Part shown: one piece after another, positions 42,930-55,497 of the stretch
How the letters are laid out: every line of letters starts with the position of its first letter
How positions within the stretch are numbered: the stretch's first letter is position 1
Source: the human T2T-CHM13v2.0 reference genome, Homo sapiens
Reading direction: 5' to 3' (one strand)
Length of the DNA stretch: 64,000 nucleotides
Assembly (NCBI RefSeq): GCF_009914755.1
Contig: NC_060925.1
Notes under the pieces: generated by a model
Database searches by the model: none
Told to the model about the DNA's origin: nothing
Seen by the model: the letters and a program-made list of their open reading frames with translations, nothing else
Position numbers and translations under genes: made by a program

Positions 42930-43280
42930 TGGCTCTTACCTCTCACGTTCTCATCCATCCTGCATAACATTGCCTGATCATTTTCCTAAAATATCACATT
43001 CATCACGTCTCTTCTGCTCCTGATCTTTTAATAGACTCCAGTTAGAAATGCAGATCCCTCTGTGTAGAGTGCATGGCCTCAGTCATCTCATTCCTTCCTA
43101 ACCCACCCATTGTTCTATGCAGCCTGGACTCCGATCGCCGTAGGTATGTTTGCTCCTTCTCACCCCATTCCTCGCTCATGCTATTCCTTCCATCTGGAAT
43201 ATTCCTCACTCTCCTTATCAACTATCCAAATCTTATCTACTCTTTAAAGGCCAGATTTCAACCTCTTTTCTCCATGTAAT
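42930..43280 (+). mobile_element. L2 fragment
   Basis: ctcatgctattccttccatctggaat...tactctttaaaggccagatttcaacctc. Confidence 0.55.
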
Positions 43281-43954
43281 TTATTTGCTTTTGTTTATGT
43301 TAATCACTCTAAGTCAACTCCTAATGTCTAGATAATAATTTTTCTATTAATATTATCACTTTATAGTTCTAGTCATGTCAAGCTTCTTCTTCTGGGCTGC
43401 AGGGAAGTTTCCTCGAGGAGAAGCAATTTCATTCAATGCTTTGGTAGAAACCGTTTTTCCTCAAATAGCATTAAACAGATGGTTGATGCTTGGTGAATGT
43501 TGCTGCTCTTTGGTTGACTTATTTACCTTTTAAAGGAAGGTAGTACTTAAATTCGTCACTGATCTTGGAATTTCAAGTTGAGGATAACATTTTGGGGTAA
43601 TTAACCTATACCCAGTTATTCTAACAGTATTTCTGAAGAGCTGCCTACTTGCCCCCAAAACATGGGTGTTTTGGATTCAGTTCTGGCATTTATATCAAGG
43701 GAGGATGCTGCTGTAAGTTCTGGTTTTGCAAACACTGTACACAACTTCTTCTGTTTGCTAAGTAATCTCCCTCTGGGTGCTACTCTGAGCTAACTTTCAC
43801 AAATGTTCATTTCACTTGTAAGTCTAGGAAGGTAAGCATTGTCTTCTTCCCTTCCCAAATAAAAACTTTAGTATTATAATAGCTTGCAGAAAGTTTCTGT
43901 CTGGCATATTAACTTAATGTCTACCATTTACAAAAAGAAAATTCACCTCTCACT

Positions 43955-44115
43955 TTGCTTTTTTCTTTTTCTTCAGACAGAGTCTCACTCTGTTGCCCAG
44001 GCTGGAGTGAGCGCAGTGGCGCGATCTCAGCTCACTGCAGCCTCTGCCTCCTGGGTTCAAGTGAGTCTCATGCCTCAGCTTCCTGAGTAGCTAGGATTAT
44101 AGGCATGTGCCACCA
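43955..44115 (-). mobile_element. Alu right-monomer fragment
   Basis: agacagagtctcactctgttgcccaggctggag...ggcatgtgccacca. Confidence 0.88.
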
Positions 44116-46197
44116 GGTAATACGATTTTAAGAAACAAATTTAATTCACTTAGTTATATATTTCTGTGCAGACCTGAATTCCCATTCAAAGAAAGTAGCC
44201 TGTTACAGGTAACTTTCTTTGTGTGTCCTGATTCATAGTATATTTATTTTAGCAACATCTATAATCTATAATAGATACCATGTGCAAATTGATAATATTT
44301 TTAAGTGCTTCACAAATCCCACAGACTGCTATTCCACTCTCCCATGTCAGATATTGTTAAAATTAATTCAAAGTAGTATCACCACCCCAGAAATATATTG
44401 ATTAGGCCCCCCAACTTTAGGCTTTATGGCAGTGGGCTTGATGTTCTAAAAAGAGAGGAACATTGATAAGCCATACTTCTATTCTCCTGGGAAATTCTTT
44501 TTTGCTCAATTATCTTACAAGTTCACATCAATTTCTTGTTCCTCAGGTAACAGAGGAAGTTCCTAAGTTGTCTGGAGATTGCATGTCCTCACACACTAAA
44601 ATCCTCTGAGCTGAATGATTCAGCTTTCACTATTGCTGTGTCTGTGGACAAAAAAGCAAAATGTGAGTCAATTCCAGGTTCCGTCACATTTGGGAGTTGC
44701 CAAGTAAAGGAAAACATAAAAGATTAATGTTATTATTCTGATTTTATTTTGTTTTGAGGAGAAGCGTGGGAAATGACTACCATACAAATCAAGAAATTCA
44801 TGAAGGCAAACAGTTGATGACTGTCACCTAGCAATCTGTTATTTTCTTTTATCCTTTCCCCAAGACATATGCCCTCTGACATAAGCATTAAAATCAAATT
44901 ATACAATTGTCAGAAAACCTGTTCTCAAAGCTTTAGGGTAAAAATTGTTTAATCAAATTGTAACACAAATTGAGAAATATCATTAAAGTGATAATGCCAT
45001 CCTGTAAGAATTGCTGAATCTACTTGAAGTTTGTGTTTGATTCACTCTATTCAGAATTGTTTACCTATGCAAATTACTGATATCAGTAAAGTTACTTGAA
45101 CACCCACTCTGTGTCGGGTTTTGGAGACATAAAGGCAAATAGAATGTAGATTCTATTCCTGAGGAATAAAATATAATGGAGGAAACAGACAGGTAACCAG
45201 TAACTTCAACCAAATCATTAAACGCACTGAATGAAAAGGGCAATGGGAAACACAGATTTATTTGTTTATTAATTGATGCAAGAACATCTCATTTTTATGT
45301 CAAGTTTGACATTTCAACTGGAAAGAGCTGGAATAACTTTGGAGAAGTAGTTCTTTGGGAAGGTAATACACATTTATCCGTTGGAGTTTTTATGCAGGTC
45401 ACAAAGCGGCTTTATCCAGCTTGGTGCATTTTAAAGAAATATTGTTTAGGGAAGTTTCTGAAATGCCTCTTTACAGCTCTTTTGGAAATAGACTATACTG
45501 GCTGTGATTTTTGCACAAAGAACATTGAAGATAATTCAGGCAAAAAGAGCAGAAAGATCTGCACGTAGGAATCAACCACTGATACAGTGTTAAAGTGGGC
45601 CCGCATCATACACCCATTGAGAGGTGTGGAATAAAGCAATGTTGAGCTGACCTTGGACATGATATGTGTGTGAGGAATTTTTTCTTTATTTAACTCATAA
45701 ATTAGTCAAAGAAGAATTATTGGCAAGACTGCGACTTGAAGTTTTGTATTGATGAAAAAAAAGGAGGGGAGGAAATCTGGTGAACCAGATCTAGGAAGGA
45801 GATAAAACTCGAAAGAACATCAAGAAGAGAATATATGTACATTTTAGTTTCTTGTCACAGAAGAAGGAACACAGGTCACAGCAACCTTTTTCACAAGTAG
45901 GTAGATCCCTCTTATGCAATTTAAGTAATAAAATAAATATTAAACCTCTTCTCTGTGCAGGGTGCTGTGGTCAGCATCCTGAGCAATACCAGAAGGAGGA
46001 AAGGTTAGCCCTTCCCCCAAGGGACGAGGCTTATTTATTGCCAGAAGATAAGATGTGCATACATGTAACAGCAATGCAAGGAAAGATATATTAATATTTA
46101 TAATAAAGATACAAATAGAGCTAGAGGGAGCTTAGAGGAATACATTTATTCCAACAAGGGTTACGGCAGAATTTATGCGAAAGTCTTCTTTGGGCTA

Positions 46198-46632
<435 letters not shown>

Positions 46633-46704
46633 TCATGATGCTCTCTTCTACTATAACTGCCTTTACTTTTCTCATAAAAGTTGAAAAATACCATTCTGCC
46701 ATTT

Positions 46705-47042
46705 GTGCATTAATTTGCTAGAGTTGTTGCAATAAAGTAGCAGAGACTGGAAGGCCTAAACAACAGAAACTTAGTGCTTCACAATTCTGGAGGCAGGGTT
46801 GGCTCCTCCTGACAGCTGTGAGGGAGAATCTGTTCCATGTCTGCCGCCTGGCTTCTGGGGGCTGCTGGCAGTCTTTGTAGTTCCTTGGTTTGTAGATGAA
46901 TCTCTGCCTTCGTCTTCATATGGCGTTCTCCCCATGTCTCTGTGTCCAAATGTCCCCTTCTTCTAAGAACTCTAGTGATGTTGGATTAAGGCCACTCTAA
47001 TAGCCTCATTTTAAGGCGATTACCTCTATAAAGGCCCTATCT
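46705..47042 (-). mobile_element. MLT1 (B/C-like) solo LTR
   Basis: aaacaacagaaacttagtgcttcacaattctggaggc...gagggagaatctgttccatg...ttggattaaggcc. Confidence 0.8.
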
Positions 47043-47893
47043 TTATAGGGAAGGAAAAATTAACCTGTATGAGGATATAAAGAAGAGAAAATGACGTTTA
47101 GGCTGGCAGATAGATTCACGATATATATATATATCAAGTAGCCTTGATGTTCAACATAAAGAATAGAGACATTATTCTAGGCAATGGAGCTCCATGGCCA
47201 GTGTGTACAAGGTGATAAAATTACCTTGGAATACTAAGTAAGCTTTTATATACAACTGAGATGCAAAGTTGTAATACAAATGATAAAGGTAGATGAGATT
47301 AAAAATAAAAGAGAAGTAAGAATTAAATGTTGTAAGTCTGATAAGGAGCTTGGATGTCAAAGAGAATGATTATCATTTATTTAGATTATTTTAAATTGTT
47401 TTTTATAAATTATTAAATTTATTTTATGTTATATTTATATATTATAGTTATATGTGAATTATAAATAATTCATGATATACAACTAAATTATAATAAATAC
47501 AAACTAACATATATTATATATAGTGAATATGCAATAAAATGTAATAAACATACATTATTAATATAATTTATAATTATGTTATTATTACATTCTAAATATT
47601 TAGAAGATTATTTGTAAATGATTTATTTATGGGATTGAAGGAAAACTTTACTGACAGAAAGGATACTTTCCTTTAAAATCCAAGAGATGGAAAGATTCCT
47701 GAACACAGCAGGGACATCCCATGGCTAGGAGGACAGACCATTTCCCCAATCCACATCATGCAAGTAGCTGAAGCCCTGTTTTCAAACACTGTCTCCTGGG
47801 TTGGATTGGCTGTCTCCATTTCACCAACTTCTTGAAACTTAACACCTAGAAAAAAATTTTGCTCCCTCTCGGCACTGCCCCCTCTTACTCCCC

Positions 47894-47964
47894 CACACAG
47901 GTGTGTATGTACATACACACACACAAAGGCATGCACAGGCATGCACCCCCACACATGTGTCCAT

Positions 47965-47999
<35 letters not shown>

Positions 48000-48218
48000 T
48001 GCACCCACACACACTTGCATGTACACACACGGAGGCATGCACCCACACACACGTGTGCATGTACACATACACATGGAGGCATGCACAGGCATGCACCCCC
48101 ACACCCATGTGCATGTACTCACACACACACGCAGAGGCATGCACAGGCATGCACCCCCACACACGTATGCATGTACACACATGCAGAGGCATTCACAGGC
48201 ATGCACAAATGCACATGC
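47894..48218. repeat. CA/CATG-rich minisatellite with units of about 45-70 bp
   Basis: Repeated gaggcatgcacaggcatgcacccccacac...gcatgtacacacac. Confidence 0.92.
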
Positions 48219-48349
48219 CTGATGCTACATGCATTGAAATGCTAAAGAGCTACTTACAAAAAACTGGATTTATCATCATAAATAGTTTTCGGAAAAGTAG
48301 GAAAAGCAGAATGATATTTTTTCAACTTTTATAAAAGAAAAACAAAGGC

Positions 48350-48545
48350 AATGTATGGTAGTAGAAGGAACATAGACTTTGGAGTCTGGCAGTCAGCCTT
48401 GTACTGAGCTCCACAAACAATTTTCTGGGTAACTGTGGACAAATGAACGAACCTTACAGACTTTGGTTAACATCTATGTAAGGTGGGGATAAATATGTTA
48501 TATAGCTATTTGGAGGATTAGATGAAATAAGTTATATAAAGAATA
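48350..48545 (+). mobile_element. MIR
   Basis: gtagtagaaggaacatagactttggagtctggcag...ggaggattagatgaaataag. Confidence 0.65.
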
Positions 48546-48639
48546 TAATAAGTTGCATATGCCTTTCATTATCCTGAATTTTAATTTTAATAACCAAAAA
48601 GATTCCAGACATTTCTCCTGGTAGATTTAAACATATGCT

Positions 48640-49109
48640 TATGCACAGACTGACTTGCTATTTTATTCGCGAGTCTAAAAAAAAATTAGCTGCATAATAA
48701 AAAAATTAGAATATCTGTATGGAAAAACACACAGCCGTTGTGGGCCCGTGATAATTCTCAGCAGAACTGGCAACTATTGTTTAGGTAAAGTTTCCTTCAG
48801 TCATTTTGCAAACCTCAATGTTCTGAATTATGAGCTAACTGTTTTGGAAGTGAATAAAATATACACTTTCATGTGAATATACCAGTGTTTGTTAGAAGGA
48901 AACATAAGGAACAATTCTAAACTTCTTATGAAGATGCGCGATATTGGGCCTGCAGAGACATACAATAGCAAGAAAGCAATGGTTTTGAAATAGGATGTAA
49001 ATAAAACATCCTTCTTTTTTTCATTGCTTTTGTAGTTTTTTTGTACTCCATAATTCCAGTAGACATTTTCTGGGCAAGAGAGTTTGTCAGCAATTATTCT
49101 GTTGAGGAT
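48640..49109 (-). other. Possible antisense terminal exon (lncRNA-like)
   Basis: Minus-strand acceptor tatttaattattgttttcttttccag|ATCCTC at 49109; minus-strand AATAAA at 48662-48667. Confidence 0.3.
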
Positions 49110-49539
49110 CTGGAAAAGAAAACAATAATTAAATACCTTCACTTATCCTACTTTATCCCTGACTCTGTAGCTAAACTTAAGCATGGATTGAAAATAAACA
49201 TACCTTGAGATAATTTAATATAGAAGAGTATTGGGCCTTGGCCTTGAAACAATCTTTCAGACTATGATACAGATTAAATTCATTTATGAATACTATTTTA
49301 ACTCTTTCTTCAATCTGTCTCTAACATGTTAAACAACTACTGTGGAATATTTCTTGAAGAAAAAAATACCATTTAACTCCTCATAGGCAGGAAATGGCAG
49401 TAAGTGAATGTGCTAATTCTGCAACATGGGAGAAGACGTGGCCTGAAGGATAATTGAGGGTGTGTAATAACACTTTATGTTTCAGACTAAACCATGTGTA
49501 TGTGATCTTCCCCTGCCTCTTGCTAAATGATAGCAACAA

Positions 49540-50040
49540 GCTTGTGGTGGTTCAGGCCAAAACCTTGGAGCCATCCTTGAATCTGGCTCTTCTTTCATGC
49601 TCCCAGTTGGATTCATTCATCAGTGCTCATCAGCTGTATCTAGAATTTCACAAATTCTCACTGTTTATGCTGGTCCAAGCTTGGATTAGCTCTTACTCAG
49701 ATGATTGCAGGAGACTTCCAATTGCCCTCCCTGCTTTAGCACTGACCCCTTCAACCTGTCTTTTGCACAGTAGCTGGAGTCGTATTCCAAAATTCACTCT
49801 CTACTCAACACCCTCCAGTGGCTTCCCAGCCTCTCTTACTGGGGTGGATTTCCTAACTATCCTACGTAAAAGAACATCTCAGCACCTCCACCCCTGGGAC
49901 TCTCTAAACCCCGCATCTCCTTTATTTTTCTCCGCAGCACCATTCACAAATGTTCATCCCATAATTTTGTGTGTTTATTTGTGGGCTTAACCACCTAAAA
50001 ATATAAGCCCCATCCAGAAAGGGCCAATTTTTGCCAAAGT
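49540..50040 (+). mobile_element. L2 fragment
   Basis: caggccaaaaccttggagccatccttga...ccctccagtggcttccc. Confidence 0.65.
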
Positions 50041-50659
50041 TACTGTTCTATTCCTGGCTCTTTGTTTCTTCTGGTTTAAATTTTCTTTTTTTTTTTTTTT
50101 TTTTTTTTTTTTGGTGTTTGAGGTCTGTAGGTTCCGTGGTACTTTCTGCTGACTCCTTAGTGGATGAAACAGAAGTTTCACATTTGTCTTTTTCTCTTTT
50201 CACTCTCAGTCACCATGATTCAAATAAACTAATTCTCCTTAAGATCCCACTTTATTTTTTAACTCCAATAAATGTAATTATCAGCTGCTGAATTGTTTGA
50301 CATGTTTAGGGGGTAAAAGCTTTCATTTTGTTGGCAATATAGTCTTCCACCCCCTCCCCAGTTAGGAAAAATAATAAAAGATATGTTACCCCAAAATTAT
50401 ACTCCCTAAAACATACTGTTTTCTATCTGTTTCTACCTATTTATTTGCATATGTTTAAACGTACAATGCTTTCTTTTACTTTCTATTTTTCTGCAACTAT
50501 GTTCACTATTTAGCACCCAAAGTTTTCAGACTGAAACTCAGGCCAGTCACATCAACATTTCTTACAGTTTCTTGAGCACTTGAAGCTTGTTTGCCACCCC
50601 AAGTCTTTGTTTTCTGGGTTATTTTGTCTAATACTTTTTCAGACTGCCTGCTGGTGAGC

Positions 50660-50948
50660 AGAGGTCTTGGTTCTAATGCCTCCACCTTGAGGCGGATTTT
50701 ACCGACCGCCGTGTCTAAAATAGTCATACTCTTGACAATCACTCATTGTACCCACCTACCCTGCTTTGTTTTTTTCAGTAAAGCAGCCAATGTTACCTTA
50801 TAAATTTAGCTGCCATTTTGTGCCCACCAGTAGAATAAAGTTCCTTTGAATCAGTGACTTTATCTACTCATGTTTCCAGCTAGGACAGTGCTGCCTGTGT
50901 GGCAGGGGTTCCATACGTGTTGAGAAAAAAAGAAGTGAATGAATGAAT
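50660..50948 (+). mobile_element. L2 3' end
   Basis: Ends in gtgaatgaatgaat, the L2 tail. Confidence 0.6.
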
Positions 50949-51535
50949 TCCTTTGTATAGACATTAAGCTGCTAAAAGGGGGCTATAAATCCCTTTAACC
51001 TGTTGTCACTAGCTGCTTTTGGAAATACCATTGTCAGGGACAGGTTTTTGAGAGTTCTTTAACCTATGAGGCAATTTCTAGACATTTATTTTAAGTTGGG
51101 ACGTTCCACTTAAGTAGCTAAATTTGAAATTAAAGAGATTAACCAGTGAAGATCTAAATTCTCATTCTTGACAAAGCTACCTTGTTTTATCTTTTCTTTA
51201 AACCTCAAGTGTTTTAAAAAAATTAATATCAAAATGTAAAATAATATCCACATTATTTAAGTTAAAATGATATTAATTGCTATTTGACATGAAGCATCAT
51301 TGTATCATGAGATATTACTAAAGGTAACTCTGCAGTCCTCCTCCACCTATGCCAAATGAGGAAGGACACTGATTGTGATGCTTCTAATGGCAATTTCATT
51401 TTGCTGACATCGACCTTGAAAGCTAGTTAATGTTATTGGACTTGTCATGGAATTCCAGAAACAAACATTGTGAATCAAACAATTAAATAGCCAATTAAAA
51501 ACAAATAACAGTCTTTTCATTATCTGCATCTAAGT

Positions 51536-51660
51536 GTTATATGTATAACTATATCCATATTATTGAATATATATATATAACTGTATGCATATAGATACTC
51601 TCTATATATGTAACTATACCCATATATATGTGTTTGTATGTATATAACTACATCCATATT
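51536..51660. repeat. TA-rich degenerate tandem repeat (tatatgtataactatatccatat)
   Basis: About four degenerate copies. Confidence 0.75.
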
Positions 51661-53041
51661 GTGGAAGATCAATCTTGCAGTTGATCAGGAAATTGCAAAA
51701 TTCTCTGATCTAAGTTGGGCAAATATTTTGTATAATCTTATTAATTCCATATCTATAGGCAGGCTGATAATGCAAAGAACACCTGACAACCTAAATGATG
51801 AGAAATAACATTGTAAATGATTAAGATCATTAAAACTGTGGAGATAGATATGCTATGGGTTTGGGTATGTGACATATGAGCAGGAGGGTATGAGGAGATG
51901 AGGAGGGGACCTGTGGTTCACTTTAGATACAAGCTTCAGTTAAGCTTAAATTAGAATCATTTACTGACTATTATTTAGTCATTTAACCAGGTATCAGACA
52001 GAGAATTTAGTAACTATATTGAATGCCAAGTTTAGATAAAGTAAATTAATATTTTTTTCTTATATCTCAATTCTTGACAAGTTGCTTGTTTCTAAGCATA
52101 AAGAAAATAAGTATAGGCTTTAAGGCCTTAATAAATATGGCTTTAGAGTGAAGGTTGACCACTCCTCAACCATGTACCCTGGTACCTCTCACCACACCGC
52201 AAACAACCTGCCGTGTTCCTAACTTCATTCATGCTATACCTCCCACCAAGAAAGCCTGTCTCCTTCTTTCCCAGCTTCGTTTGGCTTCTTTTTAGGAAAT
52301 TGAAATAATACTGTTCTGAGTTTTCAAAACTATTTGACAACTCTCACTCATTCTGCAAGACCCAGCAAAAATGCCACCTCCCCACAATACCGCCCTGAGT
52401 TTCCAGGTAGCATAAGTGAGGCCTTCCTCTGGGCCCTGGACATTGTACAGATGCAGCTGCAGTGGCACAGATGAGATTCCTTAGATAAATACACATCCCT
52501 TGTGTGTTGTTTGCCCATCTGCTTCTTCCACTACACCGTAAGGTTTTGGGGTCATGCATGGATTGTGTCTGTAACCCCAATAACAAATTGGAGTTTTCTT
52601 GCTCCTCTGAGACTGGATAAACTTTACTGACCCCCATCCAACTTTGCATCCTTTGAGTCCCGGGTGCTCCCCAAAAGTCTTGAACATTACTCAGAGTTTA
52701 CTCCTGCTCAGTCCCCAGTGTCTGCACTCCTCTTTCCATGTGGTTCAATAATGCTTGGCCACCCAGACCCCCCATTCCATCCATCAGCCCAAAGATTTAA
52801 TAAATCAGTAATCATTAAATAATAATATACGATATTAATATTAAATAGTAAGAAATAATAAATTATTGTTATTTATAAATCATTAATAAGTTCATCAAGT
52901 TCCAGAGGACTTGAGGGGTCCTGAGGAGAGGATCACAAAACAATAGATCTCCTTCCACCAAACCTTTAGTCCACTGCCCCACTCCCTCCGTCTCTCTCCA
53001 TCCTCACATCCCCATTTCCCGCTCTCTCACTCTCTCTCTGC

Positions 53042-53270
53042 TTTTTTTTTTTTTTAGTGACAGGGTCTCACTCTGTTGCCCAGACTAAAGAACAGGGGTG
53101 AGACACAGCTTACTGCAGCCTCAAAATCCTGGGCTCAAGGGATCCTCTTGCTTCAGCCTCTAGAGTAGCTAGGACTGCAGGCACGCACCACCATACTCTG
53201 CTAACTTTAAGACAAACAATAAAATGTAGAGATGAAGTCTCACTCTATTGCCCAAGCTGTTCTCAAACTC
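53042..53270 (-). mobile_element. Truncated AluJ
   Basis: gacagggtctcactctgttgcccag...cctgggctcaagggatcctc. Confidence 0.85.
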
Positions 53271-54519
53271 CACATCCAGCCCCATTCCCCTTTAGCTATA
53301 GCTAGATCCATACCAGGGCTCCCCAGAGCCCATCCCCCCAGGCTTAGATGCCTTTTGATCTCAGCCTTTGCCTCTAGTAAGCCCATTCAGAAATATTTCC
53401 AACAAAGAAAACCCTCCCTTTAAGATAAACTGTCAGACTACCCAAAAAGAGAAGGTTATTTTTAATCTCAATTATACATTGTATCCATCTTTGTCATGAG
53501 CATAGGATCAATAATTTTATAGATGTTTAAAAAATAATTTTATTCACTATAATTGTCCCAGTTATCTTGGTCCCCGATCAATTTCAGGTAACTTTAGGAG
53601 TCTTCTATTTTAGTTATCCTTGGTTGTGATTGGAATGACTTCGTTGGTTTGTGAGCTATTTTGATTTTGCTTTTGTCCTTTACAGAATTCTCTTCAGGTC
53701 AGAAAAAGAAAAAAGATTATTTGAAAGTCATTTCTTACTTAGGAAATATTTCTGTAAAATAAGTGAAATTTTTTTTGAAAGTTGAAAATGACAAAATTCA
53801 CCTTTCAATTTTATCATCAGGATCTTATGCTAGCAGAAGTATGTAGTTGGAATGAATGAAAGAACAGAAGTCTCTGTAAGCTGGGGTATCTCTGACTATT
53901 GAAAATACTTTACCTTTTAACCAGTGCCTGTTGCTAGCATTTAAAAGAATTTAAGCATAATGCCGCATTTCCTCGAATACTTGCATTGCAATCTTAAAAG
54001 CTGTTTCCCTTAGAAATCTGAGAACAGTAATAAATCTATTCGGTAAAGACTGTATTTTGTAAACCCCAAAGCACTAATAAATAGTGTTTCTCTTTAATGA
54101 AAAGGTCCAATGTTTCATCATGGACAAATACCCACATTTTATGGAGTAGAGATGGTCTGTTATCCCCAGGGTTATCCCCTGACCATATCTGGACTATTTC
54201 ATTACTCCTCTGCAGTGGAATTTGATCATGAAGTAAAAAGACATATTTTTGTCCTTTTAATTTACCCAGGATTTAAACATAGGTATGATACAGCGACAAG
54301 TTAATCAGAGATGTGCTTGGCCTTTTAAATCCCCTTCCAATCCCTGACACAGGGCCAGAAGCCAGCGCCTAAAAAGGAAGTCCACACGGGCAACACAAAC
54401 ACTGCCCGCTAAGCCCGGGCACAATCTGCTTCTGCAAAGACTGTGTCAACGTACTTCATGGGCATTTCTGTGCGGTAGAAGACAAGAGCATAAAGTACAT
54501 TAAGTACATTAAGTGGGAG

Positions 54520-54690
54520 GCAGCTGAGCAAAATAAAGTGAATTCCGAATTGGAAGTCAGAGATCTGAATTGCAGTTCCAGTTATACTGTTTATTATCTA
54601 CACACCCTTAACCAAGTCATTTCTGAGTTCTGGGTGTCCATTCCTTAATCTGTAATTATGGATGACACTATTTGCTCTGTAATTATACTG
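54520..54690 (+). mobile_element. MIR
   Basis: ggaagtcagagatctgaatt...caagtcatttctgag...ttccttaatctgtaa. Confidence 0.55.
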
Positions 54691-55051
54691 TCGATTCTCT
54701 AGGGATGGTTGATATCTTGTTCTTCCTTTCCATCACAATTGTGCCTGGCCCATTGCTCATCAAAGGCTTTTTGAGGAATTAAAATAGGTATGTTGAGGGG
54801 AACAAAATAAAATAATAAACAGAACAAGCTCCAAATAAAATGTAAAATGCTGAATGCAACTGTAATCTTATTCTGTTTACTGCATTATTGAAGATGCATT
54901 GCTTCTTCTACAATTTGCACAAACACCAACATCACATTGATGAGAAGCATCCCTCTATGTTGGGCTTAGTTATTCTATAGCTCCCATCACAGATCTCCAT
55001 GGACAGAGAATTTTGCATTTCCCTATATCATACTGTTATGTCAGCCACAGC

Positions 55052-55182
55052 TGGGGTGACCACTTGTCCCAGTTTGCTGGAGACCTCTGCAGTTTACCTC
55101 TGTTGCTGAGGCACAATTATGATTACTCTCTTTCACTAAAAAACATGCCTTAGTCTGGATGATAAATTGTGTGATCACCTTA
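55052..55182. mobile_element. MER94 (hAT-Blackjack) MITE
   Basis: TIR-like ggggtgacc...gatcacctta; gtcccagtttgc...ggatgataaattgtgtg. Confidence 0.75.
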
Positions 55183-55497
55183 TTTAAGTATAAAAAACGG
55201 TGTTCCATTAAATTGTTTTATGGACGAGGGACAAAACATAAGCCCAGAGAAATGTATGTACCTCTTTAAGGTTTTAAGCCCTGTTCTTTAAACCAGACAT
55301 GATGTTAATACGGCAGATTTCTTTCATATCATTTGGGTAATTCATCTGTGTATGCCTAACCAGCAATGCTTACAAAATTAGAAGATGTCTCTCAAGGCCT
55401 TAGTTCTTAGACTTAAAACTGCTTTTTGCTTGCCTGCGGGAAACCCAGCCTTCTATTAGTTTTCCCATCTGAAGAACTTCTGGAAATTTCCAGGATC

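Noticed and set aside
47673-48334. Overlapping His/Thr- and Cys/Val-rich ORFs on both strands
   Set aside because: Produced by the CA/CATG minisatellite
49454-49990. 178-aa ORF
   Set aside because: Overlaps a degraded L2 fragment; non-ATG start
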